DNA of 58,029 nt from positions 1-58,029 of the forward strand of contig JAAFJH010000003.1 in NCBI GenBank assembly GCA_013298875.1, given 5' to 3'. Below, one piece after another: positions 30,953 through 40,504 of the stretch. The DNA is from Synechococcales cyanobacterium bin2.concoct.b11b12b14.033. GTDB lineage: Bacteria > Cyanobacteriota > Vampirovibrionia > Caenarcaniphilales > Caenarcanaceae. The position numbers and the translations under genes were made by a program. The notes under the pieces were generated by a model. That model did not search any database. It was not told where the DNA came from and was given only the letters and a program-made list of their open reading frames with translations. How positions within the stretch are numbered: position 1 is the stretch's first letter; each line of letters starts with the position of its first letter.

Positions 30953-32446
30953 TTAAAGCTGTACGGACTCAATCTCCTTAATTAGAGCTTGGGGATTTTT
31001 CTCTAATTCACCTATTAGATTTAATAATTTATCCGACCATCCAGATATGTATGTGATTCTGTCTTTTAATTGAACTGTCCCGTAGCAAGACATGTCAATA
31101 CTAAAAATTTTAGGTTCTGACTTACTTCTTTCCTGATAATTATTAAGAGCTTTCTGAACTCTATCAATACCATCCATACCTTGCATATCAGATAAAATTA
31201 TTATTCTCTCATAAGTTTCAGATGCTTTATCAAAAATACTAGAAAATTGCGTACCTTTAGGTTCAGTTTTGCTAATTATTTGGTCTACAAGACTTAAAAG
31301 AGTATCTTTTCTATTCAGGATGAGATATTCCGCATCATCAGAAAAAATCATTAAATGAGAGTCTATATTTTTCTTATAAAAAGAAGCTGCAAATATGGAT
31401 GCAATTTCAATCATATTCATATCAGATTTAATAGAAGGAGAATCAGTCATTGATCCTGAAGCATCCACCACAATTAAAGATCTACCTTCTAGTTGGGGTG
31501 TATTTTCTAACGCTATATCGGCTGCATTACTTATACTTTCCAGTACTTTACTCGCACTAGGAAGATTCATTTTTTTAATTTCTTTATATGCAGCATAGAA
31601 TCTATAAGGTAACAATTTACTATTCTTTATAGAATCTGGATTCTCTAATAAATCTAGAGCCTTTTTCAATACTGAGTCAGAAACTACAGACAATATATTT
31701 CTTAAATTTCTCAGTAACACCATATATCCTAATTTATTATTAATAATTAAATCTTCCCAGATTTGTTGTTTCTTTTCGGTCTTTTCTTCTTCGGTTGTGG
31801 TATTTTGTAATCCTTTAGATAAATTAGTTTCCCAAGTACCTTCTACCAATAATTCATTTTTAATAAGTTTCTCTAATGAATTAGAGTTATTAGCTTGCGG
31901 TATAGGTTTAATGATATTCACTATATCGACTAATTTCCATTGCTTCTCTCTCATCTGATACTTAGCTAATTGATAATCATTAAATTTATTAAATGCTTTT
32001 CTGAATCCCTTTTTTAGCCCATTAGGGATCGATACTTCTATTTTATCTTTAGATTGAATTGAATCATAGAATGCCAGAATTTCAGACATATCATCAGGTC
32101 TTTGGATAATTTGTTCAAAGAAATATTTCTTTTTTATAGTCCATTCACTATCTGGTTTGAACTCTAAACGAGCCAAATATCCAGCCAGTACATGAGAAGT
32201 TGATCTCATATTCGCATTAATTCTGGCATAAAGTGCTAGTTTAGCTGTAAAGATAGGATCATTTATCTTAAGGATCAGATCCCTTAAGTTGTTAAGGGTA
32301 TCTCTTTTACATCTATAAAAACGGTCTTCAATAAATGAAGTCAACACACTAGCGATTAACTCCATCTTTGAAGTTAATTTAAAGGCATCTACATTTTCAC
32401 AATTAAGAGCTAAAGATTGATTAATAGAGGTATTGAATTTAGACAT
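30953..32446 (-). CDS. rsr: Ro60/TROVE-vWA RNA-binding protein
   Basis: ALYAR..NMRS, QRPDDMSE, YQLAKY, TWE, LGYMVLLRNLRNI, LLPYRFYAAY; MIDAS VDASGSM..GT..ILSDMQ. Confidence 0.9.
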   Translation of the reverse strand: MSKFNTSINQSLALNCENVDAFKLTSKMELIASVLTSFIEDRFYRCKRDTLNNLRDLILKINDPIFTAKLALYARINANMRSTSHVLAGYLARLEFKPDSEWTIKKKYFFEQIIQRPDDMSEILAFYDSIQSKDKIEVSIPNGLKKGFRKAFNKFNDYQLAKYQMREKQWKLVDIVNIIKPIPQANNSNSLEKLIKNELLVEGTWETNLSKGLQNTTTEEEKTEKKQQIWEDLIINNKLGYMVLLRNLRNILSVVSDSVLKKALDLLENPDSIKNSKLLPYRFYAAYKEIKKMNLPSASKVLESISNAADIALENTPQLEGRSLIVVDASGSMTDSPSIKSDMNMIEIASIFAASFYKKNIDSHLMIFSDDAEYLILNRKDTLLSLVDQIISKTEPKGTQFSSIFDKASETYERIIILSDMQGMDGIDRVQKALNNYQERSKSEPKIFSIDMSCYGTVQLKDRITYISGWSDKLLNLIGELEKNPQALIKEIESVQL

Positions 32447-32527
32447 AAAGGCTTAAAAGGTAGTCATTTTATTTTAACACAATCAAATTCCCAGGTAAAG
32501 CTCAAACTATTTATTCTGCCTAGACCT

Positions 32528-32794
32528 TTAATGAGCTAAACAATATAAATAAACTGATTTAGCATTTTTCAATTGTTCTATCTCGTCTTTGAGTATATAT
32601 CTAGCGATAATAGAGTCGTCTAACTTACTATAAAGTATATCTTCTTCTGCAACGATGACTTCTTTCTTGGTGAGGGTTTTCCCTAAAGCATTAACTTCTA
32701 GGTCTAATTCATGTTTCTGCTTTAATAATAACTCTCGTTCCGCAGCTTGATTTGCCAACTCTAGTTTGATAGCTTCTATTCTTGAATTATTCAT
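32528..32794 (-). CDS. hypothetical protein
   Basis: ORF track. Confidence 0.5.
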   Translation of the reverse strand: MNNSRIEAIKLELANQAAERELLLKQKHELDLEVNALGKTLTKKEVIVAEEDILYSKLDDSIIARYILKDEIEQLKNAKSVYLYCLAH

Positions 32795-32915
32795 TTGATT
32801 TTCTCTTTAAGTTTGTATAATTTCTTTTACCCAATTAAAATTCTTGATAACACTTAAGCTTATTTTGTATTCCATTTTATTAGATATTTTGAGGGATATC
32901 TTGTTTAGTGTCAAT

Positions 32916-33335
32916 CTATATAGATTCTAATAAACTTTTTAATTTCTTCCCTATTACCATATTAAGAAATATATTCCCAGATATACGTAAATACTGTTCT
33001 TTTATAGATTGGAATAAACTATTTTGTTGTATTTCTTTTGTTTTTAAGTCGTCTAACTTAAGATTTTGGGCGTATATTTGTTTTTGTAATAAAGTTGTTT
33101 CATCTAATAAAGGTTGGAAATTTTTATGTGTGAAAAAAACGTAATCTAATATTTTTTCTGCTGTTTCTAAAGAGTAATTTGTGAAAACATCAGGTAATAC
33201 TTGCAATACTGGAATCTTATTATTATTAAATTCCATGTAAATTACTTGAGGAAAATCCACACATTTACCTAATACCCAGTTATCTGGTATATATTCAAGT
33301 AGTTCTTTATATTCAGCTATTTTTGTAGGTTGCAT
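32916..33335 (-). CDS. hypothetical protein
   Basis: ORF track. Confidence 0.5.
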   Translation of the reverse strand: MQPTKIAEYKELLEYIPDNWVLGKCVDFPQVIYMEFNNNKIPVLQVLPDVFTNYSLETAEKILDYVFFTHKNFQPLLDETTLLQKQIYAQNLKLDDLKTKEIQQNSLFQSIKEQYLRISGNIFLNMVIGKKLKSLLESI

Positions 33336-33475
33336 TGAAAAAATTTACTTTTATTAGTTAATCGTATCCAATATTAACATATTCTTTATTTACAAGTCAT
33401 AAATTATTAAGTTAAGGGGGGAAAAGTTTTAACATCTAACATCAAAAATTAAATAGATAATAAGTAAAATTTAAA

Positions 33476-35572
33476 ATGCCTACCATATACGAATGGTCTG
33501 ATAATCAATTTGGACAAAAAGATGTAATTATTCAAACTAGCGAAAGAACCAAATCATTTCGTAAAAGGGATAGAATGCAACCTCTCGAAGATGCGGAGGA
33601 TGAGGAAATTATCAGCTGGGCAAAAAAATTGACTTACGAGTCATACATATCAAAAAGAGAGTGGCATTCTCTTTGGCTTTCTAATCTTTATGACTATTAC
33701 TCAAAACCAACATTTAAAAAAGAACTTGAGGTAGGAAAAGAACCCAATTTAGGTTCACGGGATACTGACATATTTATTCCTCCTCTTATCCGAAGATTAA
33801 CAGACCTCACAAGTTCGTGGCTCACAAGACAAATATTTAGAGCCGAACCTTTCATACAATTCACAAACTATAAATTAGAAGACAAAGAGTTAACAAATAT
33901 ACAAAGATTATATGAGAGAAAACTCCAAGGAGATTGTCAGTCCTATAAAGCTAGAGATAAAGCCAAAGCCGTATTTACTGATTTCACCCTTTACGGTAAT
34001 GCTATCCTGAAAGCCGATTTTCATCAAGAGAGAGTCTTGACCAAAAGAGCAGATTTAAATCTTATAGTCAATAATGCCCTTAGTGATTTGGTTGATTCTG
34101 ATGATCCTTTAGCTACTCAGTTTGATGGGCTTACAGATGATTTAAATGCTAAAATGTCAGCACCCAAACCATATTTTGAAGTAGTGGATCAGTTTGCTAT
34201 GTTTAATCCTGTATTTCCGGGGAATTTCATTATAGATCCTTACTGTAGGTATGATGATTGGAAGAATGCTGCATATATGGGGGATGTATCGTACGTGAAT
34301 GAAGAAGAATTATGGGATATGTTTGGTTCTATCCCTAAATTTAAGAAAAATTTCCATGGAGCTATGGGAGGTTATGTGGCCTCCAGACTACCATTTGGTA
34401 TCGGGATGGATCCTTTTGTGTCTTCCCAAACAATATTCGCAAACAATTATGGTAGAAACCCTACTGGGGAATTTGGCAGGAAAATACACTCAATTTTATA
34501 TCTAGAGACACCCAAGACACAAACCTGTATTGTGGATGAGTCTTTAGTTGTGTATCACAAAATAAGAGATCCTAAAATTAAAAAAATGGGTCCTTGGTCT
34601 TTTGAGGTATTAAGATTCCCCACAACATCGGGAAGTTTATGGAGTGTAGGGTACGGTTATGTGTTGAGACAGCTTCAAAAAGAACAAACATATATTGCGA
34701 GTAAGAGACTTCAATATTTAGAGAAAATGCACAAGCCTTTCATTGAGGTTATTGATGATGCGGTTGATGAATCTAAAATAAAAGAACTTAAAGACTGTAT
34801 CATGATCCGTGCAATGCAGCCCGGTAGTGTGAACTTTAGGATGCCACCTGCGGGGGCGGAGGAAATGTACCTTAATTCCGAAGCCAGAAATGTACAGAGA
34901 GCTAGGGAATTTGTAGGGATTCCCCCAATATTAGATGGAAGTTCAGAAAAAACCCATCTTGGTGCCGTAAATCAGAGAATTGATGCCGCTCAAGTACAGT
35001 TTGATGTGTTGTTAGATGTTTGTAGAGATTCATTTAAATCTTTATATCAAAAAATACATACTCTCAATATGGCGTATCTTGAAGGCTCATTGCCTATTTA
35101 TGGTGCGGCTGGTATTACTGAGAAAAACTCGCTCGCTAATAGTTTAAGTGATGATCAAATAGGTAAATTAAGATCTTCCGATCTAGTACTAGAGCTTAAT
35201 GCAGGTATTTCAGTTGGGGAAGAGAAACTTAAATCTTTCGCTCAATTACTCAATACATCTCCGATTTCCTCTAGTCTACAATCTCTACCTCCACAATATC
35301 AAATTATTTTATTAGGTCAATTACTAGATATGGGAGGTATTCCTGAATTTAAGAGAATATTTGATTTAGGTGCCCAAGAAATACTTAATCAAATGGCGGA
35401 ACAAAAAGCAGCAGCGGGAGTTCCGGAGGGGAGCCCTCCAGAAGAAGGAATGCCTCCTGGTAGCCCTACCGGAGTACCTCCTGAAATGACTCTAAAAGCT
35501 ACCCCGCCACCACAAGCTGGAGTACCTGGCCCATCTGGAAATAACATTCCACTGCAAATGATGGGGCTTTAA
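33476..35572 (+). CDS. portal protein
   Basis: 698 aa; DFTLYGNAILK, PGNFIIDP, SLWSVGYG..LRQLQ, REFVGIP..LDG, Pro-rich tail typical of P22/SU10-like portals; lies ahead of scaffold and capsid. Confidence 0.75.
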   Translation: MPTIYEWSDNQFGQKDVIIQTSERTKSFRKRDRMQPLEDAEDEEIISWAKKLTYESYISKREWHSLWLSNLYDYYSKPTFKKELEVGKEPNLGSRDTDIFIPPLIRRLTDLTSSWLTRQIFRAEPFIQFTNYKLEDKELTNIQRLYERKLQGDCQSYKARDKAKAVFTDFTLYGNAILKADFHQERVLTKRADLNLIVNNALSDLVDSDDPLATQFDGLTDDLNAKMSAPKPYFEVVDQFAMFNPVFPGNFIIDPYCRYDDWKNAAYMGDVSYVNEEELWDMFGSIPKFKKNFHGAMGGYVASRLPFGIGMDPFVSSQTIFANNYGRNPTGEFGRKIHSILYLETPKTQTCIVDESLVVYHKIRDPKIKKMGPWSFEVLRFPTTSGSLWSVGYGYVLRQLQKEQTYIASKRLQYLEKMHKPFIEVIDDAVDESKIKELKDCIMIRAMQPGSVNFRMPPAGAEEMYLNSEARNVQRAREFVGIPPILDGSSEKTHLGAVNQRIDAAQVQFDVLLDVCRDSFKSLYQKIHTLNMAYLEGSLPIYGAAGITEKNSLANSLSDDQIGKLRSSDLVLELNAGISVGEEKLKSFAQLLNTSPISSSLQSLPPQYQIILLGQLLDMGGIPEFKRIFDLGAQEILNQMAEQKAAAGVPEGSPPEEGMPPGSPTGVPPEMTLKATPPPQAGVPGPSGNNIPLQMMGL

Positions 35573-35650
35573 TTATTAAGTTAAAGATTTAAATTAATAA
35601 AACACACACAAAAATTACTTGTCAAGGCCCCAAAAATATCTAGATATACT

Positions 35651-36559
35651 ATGTCTGAATTAAAAGAAAACGAAAAAGATACTGATGAATTAGCCCTGTT
35701 TGAGTTTGAAGAGGATGATGACGAGGATGTCAGTAAAGACAGTTTTAAAAAATATAATAATCCTCAGTTTGGTTTACCTGCCGAGTATGAAGCTAAACTT
35801 TCTTTAACTCAACAAGAATTAGCGGAGATGAAATCAAAAGTCTCTAAATTCGATTTAGCGATAAAAGAAGCAGATAATATGGCAGAAATGCATTCTTTTG
35901 AGAATCATTTTGCGGATGTGGATGATAGGATTAAAACTTACAACAAAGAACTAATAAAAAAGGTAAATAGTAAAACATACGAGTTGTTGAATAGTTTACA
36001 GAATGAGATTAATTCTTTAAAAGAAAAACAAGAAGAAGAAAAAATACATCGAATCAATTTAGCTAAAGATATAGTGTCAATGAATGACTCTTTATTTTTA
36101 GAAAAAGCTGCTCGTAGAAGTTTGGAAGATACTTTTGGAAATATTGATATTATTGATAAAAAAACTGGACAGAAAAAGAAATTAGGACAACAACAAGTAG
36201 ATGCTGCCTTAAGATTTTTTGGAGATCGTTATCAGACAGAGGCTAGGTTTGCCCAATTAGTTGATAATATCTATAGAGATAAACAACTAACACCTAAAGG
36301 GTTAAATAAAAAAATAGGTGTTTTGATTACCGATACCTTCAAACAGAAAATCGAAGAGCATATTAAAAATACTAAGAAAAACCCAGAGAAAAAAGAAACT
36401 ACCGAACCGTCAAAAAAATCTACTGATTCTTCAAAATCTTCCGAAAATGAAGAACAGAAAGAACTAACAGTAGAGGAAAAAGACAAATTAAGAGAAGAAA
36501 GAAGAAATAATCTTGAGCGAATTTTAAAAAATAAAAAAATGCTATCAACTAGTAGTTAG
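35651..36559 (+). CDS. putative capsid scaffolding protein
   Basis: acidic N-terminus, coiled coil, charged tail; position between portal and capsid. Confidence 0.5.
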   Translation: MSELKENEKDTDELALFEFEEDDDEDVSKDSFKKYNNPQFGLPAEYEAKLSLTQQELAEMKSKVSKFDLAIKEADNMAEMHSFENHFADVDDRIKTYNKELIKKVNSKTYELLNSLQNEINSLKEKQEEEKIHRINLAKDIVSMNDSLFLEKAARRSLEDTFGNIDIIDKKTGQKKKLGQQQVDAALRFFGDRYQTEARFAQLVDNIYRDKQLTPKGLNKKIGVLITDTFKQKIEEHIKNTKKNPEKKETTEPSKKSTDSSKSSENEEQKELTVEEKDKLREERRNNLERILKNKKMLSTSS

Positions 36560-36569
36560 ATCCTTGAGG

Positions 36570-36610
36570 AATACATCTTGAAATCTCAAATTGTGATTTC
36601 AAGATGTATT
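36570..36610. terminator. long perfect hairpin between convergent genes
   Basis: AATACATCTTGAAATC / GATTTCAAGATGTATT 16-bp inverted repeat. Confidence 0.6.
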
Positions 36611-36725
36611 TAAAGAAAAGTTAAAAATTATCAGGTATTTCATCAATTTATTTCTTGATTGGTATGTTTTAGTTATACCCACTATTTTTAAGTTAAAACA
36701 AACTTTCCAAAGTATTAGGTTGTGT

Positions 36726-37694
36726 CTAATGGGCTTTTGTTAATTTCTCTTGGTGTTGGGTTAGTCTTTCTATTAAATCTTCAATGTCTTGTTTTCTAGC
36801 TATTTGTTCTATCCAATTATCCGGGATATTGTCATAACCATAAAGAAGTCCAGCGAGTCCCCCTGTAACCGCCCCTGTTGTATCTGTATCATCACCTAAA
36901 TTTACGGCTTTTAAAGTAGCTTCTTTATAGTTGTCTGTTGTTAGCAAACACCAAATACTCGCCTCCAGTGTATGTAATACGTATCCTGTACTAAAGATTT
37001 CATTTTCGGGTAATTTATAAATATTTTGATTTAACAGTCTATCAAATACTAAAATTTCATTTAATTCTATTGAAAGCAAACTTAAATGGTATTTTATTTC
37101 ATATTTTAAATTTTCATAAATTTCAAATTTGTCTAGTCCTAAAATTATAAGCCTTGCAAATTCAAGGTAATAAAAACAAGCAATTACAGAACGAACATGT
37201 CCATGTGTAATTGATGAAACTAGTTTTGTGATTTCGTATCTCTCAGAAATTGGTTTATCTTTAATGTGGAAAATTAGAGGTAAAATTCTCATTAATGAAC
37301 CATTGCCATTTGAAGATATATCAAAGCTACCTGCTAGATTGGGTTTTTCTCCTCTAAAAAGTTTTGTTATTGCTTTTTTTGTTATAAGTCCAATATCAAA
37401 AATATTACCTGTTGCTGTCCAATAGTTTTTAAAATACCAGTTTACAAAATTATTCCCAATAATATTTAAATCAAATTCCTGTGTTAATGCCTCTGCAAGA
37501 CAAAAGGTGAGAGAACTGTCGTCTGAAAAAGTGCCTGGGGTTAAATTATATGTACCATAACCTGTCATAGCAATTACAGGATTTTGTTTAATTGTATTTC
37601 TACTTTCAAATTCAACTGGAACCCCTAGTGCATCCCCAACTGCAACGCCAAATAACGCTGATTTAATATGTTTTTTCAAGGTTGTCATTGTCAA
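36726..37694 (-). CDS. ADP-ribosylglycohydrolase (DraG/ARH family)
   Basis: GVAVGDALGVPVEF, SDDSSL, GNGSLMR, ITHGH, AVNLGDDTDTTGAVTGGLAG. Confidence 0.92.
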   Translation of the reverse strand: MTMTTLKKHIKSALFGVAVGDALGVPVEFESRNTIKQNPVIAMTGYGTYNLTPGTFSDDSSLTFCLAEALTQEFDLNIIGNNFVNWYFKNYWTATGNIFDIGLITKKAITKLFRGEKPNLAGSFDISSNGNGSLMRILPLIFHIKDKPISERYEITKLVSSITHGHVRSVIACFYYLEFARLIILGLDKFEIYENLKYEIKYHLSLLSIELNEILVFDRLLNQNIYKLPENEIFSTGYVLHTLEASIWCLLTTDNYKEATLKAVNLGDDTDTTGAVTGGLAGLLYGYDNIPDNWIEQIARKQDIEDLIERLTQHQEKLTKAH

Positions 37695-37808
37695 TTATAC
37701 TGTAGTTCTTTTGCTTGTAGATAACTAATGATTATGTTAATATAGCATAAATCTTTTTATATTAATGAATAGGAATTTAAAGTCCCTTTTTTGTTATCAG
37801 TAAAATCC

Positions 37809-37847
37809 GGTTTAAAACCTCGTACTTTAGGACGGTGAGTATGTCAA
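37809..37847 (+). mobile_element. minimal IS200/IS605 end fusion (PATE-like)
   Basis: GGTTTAAAACCTCGTACTTTAGGACGG-TGAGTATGTCAA resembles a left end joined to a right end. Confidence 0.55.
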
Positions 37848-37888
37848 TGAATAACCTTTTAAAATTAGATACCAATATCTAACTATTA

Positions 37889-38224
37889 ATGGCTCTTTTA
37901 GGGGAATCTTATATCTATCAATCACAAAACCTTAACTACAGGTTGCCGATTAATTACAAGACCTCAATAATTGAAGGTAATGATTTAGATGATTTTCATG
38001 CGTATATTAAAGAACTCCCAACTGTATTTAGATTAATTACTATTCCGTATCAAACTCCAGGTATGGCTGCCCCTAGTTTACTTGTTGAATGGCAAGAGGA
38101 CGGAATACCTTTAAGAAACATGATATGGCATGTACATAAAGTAAGTGAGAATGAGGAAAGGTTAGAATGTTTAGGGTATTACTTTTTAAAATTCCCCCAA
38201 GATAAAGGAAGGATTACTTTCTGA
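37889..38224 (+). CDS. hypothetical protein
   Basis: ORF track. Confidence 0.5.
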   Translation: MALLGESYIYQSQNLNYRLPINYKTSIIEGNDLDDFHAYIKELPTVFRLITIPYQTPGMAAPSLLVEWQEDGIPLRNMIWHVHKVSENEERLECLGYYFLKFPQDKGRITF

Positions 38225-38918
38225 AAACCCTTTGAACAGACTCCTCTAAATCAATACCTGATTTAACGGCTATTAACTTTAATAATGCCATAAACATTAG
38301 AAATACTTCTAAATTAGACATATATAGCTCTTCTTCAGTAAGGTGTTCTTCTTCCCCTTCTTCTGATATCTCGTATTCTTCTACTGAAATTAAATCGACT
38401 GCTAGATTTGCGGTATCACCACTTAACTCACATAATGTTTTACACACAATCGCAAACTCCGATATATTTTCAATTAAGAAATAAACAAAAAATAAAACAT
38501 TCACATTATCGTTGGCAGAATCATTTAAAGAATCAGTGGGAGAATCATCAGTTAATAGAGTTTCCATACAACTCAATGTATTGAAGGGGAAATTTTTTGT
38601 TTTCTCTATATAGTCCGGTATTTTTAATATATTGGCTATCTCGATCCAGTTCTTAACTAGCTCTAATATTATTAGTTCAAATTTCTCTTTTAATTTACCT
38701 AATCTACCTAAATTAGATATATGATTTGCCCCATCCCATATTGCTCTAGCACCTACGTTTATATTTTCTTGACAAATCCCTAATTTCCCTATAAGTTCTG
38801 TCATTTTATAAATACGATGATATATATCGTATCCAGTAGCTGACCTATACCTAGTTCGATATTTTAACAAAAGTTGTTTTATATCAATCTCAAATTGGGG
38901 CTTTTCCGAAATATTCAT
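38214..38918 (-). CDS. hypothetical helical protein, weakly MazG-like
   Basis: C-terminal GIDLEESV and N-terminal ELIGKL resemble MazG-fold helices; catalytic acidic pattern not clear. Confidence 0.4.
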   Translation of the reverse strand: MNISEKPQFEIDIKQLLLKYRTRYRSATGYDIYHRIYKMTELIGKLGICQENINVGARAIWDGANHISNLGRLGKLKEKFELIILELVKNWIEIANILKIPDYIEKTKNFPFNTLSCMETLLTDDSPTDSLNDSANDNVNVLFFVYFLIENISEFAIVCKTLCELSGDTANLAVDLISVEEYEISEEGEEEHLTEEELYMSNLEVFLMFMALLKLIAVKSGIDLEESVQRVFRK

Positions 38919-39068
38919 TATATCCTATTTTTATCTGTATGCTGTTTTTCCTAAGTAATTTTAACAGATCATTGACCTTTATCTGCACCTTGATAAAAGC
39001 CTTTTTTAATTAGTACATATAATTATTTGTAAGTAATAAATCTTTTATTCAAGGATTAAATAAGAAAT

Positions 39069-40445
39069 ATGTCTACCAGTGTTATAAAATACGGGACTTA
39101 TAGTAACTTTCCAGGGGATGTACAAGTAAATACAAGAAACCTGGATCAGACAATTCGTGCAACTGTAGTTACTAGCTCCCCTTTAATTCGTTTTTTATAT
39201 GGAACCGCTCTTGCGTTTGATAGTTTTGAAGAGTTTTTAAAAGAAGATCCATTAGGTTATGTCGCAAATGCTTCTGAAGAACTCGATAGAAATCAAGAGA
39301 AAAAGTATATAGCGAAAAATAAAGCTCCAATCGGTGATTTTGTCACTGTTATGGAAGATGTTGTTCCGCCTCCAATTTTAACCGTTAGAGGTAATTTTCT
39401 AGCCACCAATAATTTGTTGAACTTTGTAGATTTTGCTGAGTATCACGCATTAGCGGGTACTAAACTTTTATGTATACGTACTGGTGAATATTTCTTAGTT
39501 CAATTAAACGCTAACAGTAATGATGGCATCTCGGTGGCTCGTGGTATAGATACAACTACTCCTCAAGCCTTAAATGACGGAGATACTTTATTAGTTTGTG
39601 GACAACATTTAGACCTTTTAGGACCTCAAATTGTCGCTCCTTCTACCACTCCACGTGGACGTAAAAAAAGAAAAAATGGTTGGGCTCGTATTATGACTCT
39701 CGCAATGCCTATCGGTCCTGCATTTCGTGAAGAAGGTGTTTTATATAATGGTCAATTCATGGAGTTTGTGGATGATTTAGCATTAATGAAACATAAACAG
39801 ATGATCTTAAATGAAGTCCTGTATGCAGATCGGAATGGTGTTGATGAAGGTAGATCTCCTATCGGTCAATTCAATGGCTGGACTTACTGGGCTAAACAAA
39901 ACCCATCCATCTACTATGCGTTACAAGATATCGGTATCTTGACTCCTTCTAATTTTGAAGCCTTAATGACCTGGTTTGAACCCTATGAAGGAATTGGATC
40001 TACAAGAGATAATCCTATGGTATACTTCTGTGGTACTAGTGCGTATAAAGCTTTCCAAAAATACTTAAAGCACAATATCTTGATTCAATCTAAGGATCAT
40101 ATTAGTACCACTGTTGGGGGTGTTGTTGAGAAATATATTACCGATACTGGTAAGGTTATATTTTTCTGCTTGGATCGTTACCTAGATCATATAGGTCGCT
40201 CCGGTGATTGCTTTATGACTGCTGAAGATAATCTTAATTTAATTATCGGTGAAGATGAGTACTTTGCTCCTGAATCTGAAAGATTACAGATTATGGATGC
40301 GGGTGCTAGATTCTGTCAGTATATTCCGGATTACATTTCCCGAAATGGCTCAAGAGCTGATGGTCTAATTTCGCAGTTTAGTTTGCAATGTGCTTATCCT
40401 CAGTTACTCGCTGTAGCGACTGGTATTAAAGCTCCTTCTGCTTAA
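39069..40445 (+). CDS. major capsid protein (SU10/DUF5309-like)
   Basis: 458 aa; VARG..T.PQA..DGD insertion, HKQMI.N..LY, GGVVEKYITD.G; strong terminator after; head-module position. Confidence 0.7.
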   Translation: MSTSVIKYGTYSNFPGDVQVNTRNLDQTIRATVVTSSPLIRFLYGTALAFDSFEEFLKEDPLGYVANASEELDRNQEKKYIAKNKAPIGDFVTVMEDVVPPPILTVRGNFLATNNLLNFVDFAEYHALAGTKLLCIRTGEYFLVQLNANSNDGISVARGIDTTTPQALNDGDTLLVCGQHLDLLGPQIVAPSTTPRGRKKRKNGWARIMTLAMPIGPAFREEGVLYNGQFMEFVDDLALMKHKQMILNEVLYADRNGVDEGRSPIGQFNGWTYWAKQNPSIYYALQDIGILTPSNFEALMTWFEPYEGIGSTRDNPMVYFCGTSAYKAFQKYLKHNILIQSKDHISTTVGGVVEKYITDTGKVIFFCLDRYLDHIGRSGDCFMTAEDNLNLIIGEDEYFAPESERLQIMDAGARFCQYIPDYISRNGSRADGLISQFSLQCAYPQLLAVATGIKAPSA

Positions 40446-40468
40446 GAAGAGTTTCTGCTATCTTAAAT

Positions 40469-40504
40469 ACAGGGTTGTGGTTCGCCATGACTCTGTTTTT
40501 TTTT
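40469..40504 (+). terminator. intrinsic terminator
   Basis: ACAGGGTTGTGG-TTCG-CCATGACTCTGT followed by T-run. Confidence 0.85.

Noticed and set aside
32380-32400. TROVE 5' region as target of the orphan guide
   Set aside because: Only 9 nt (GCATCTACA) match and the TAM-proximal seed does not
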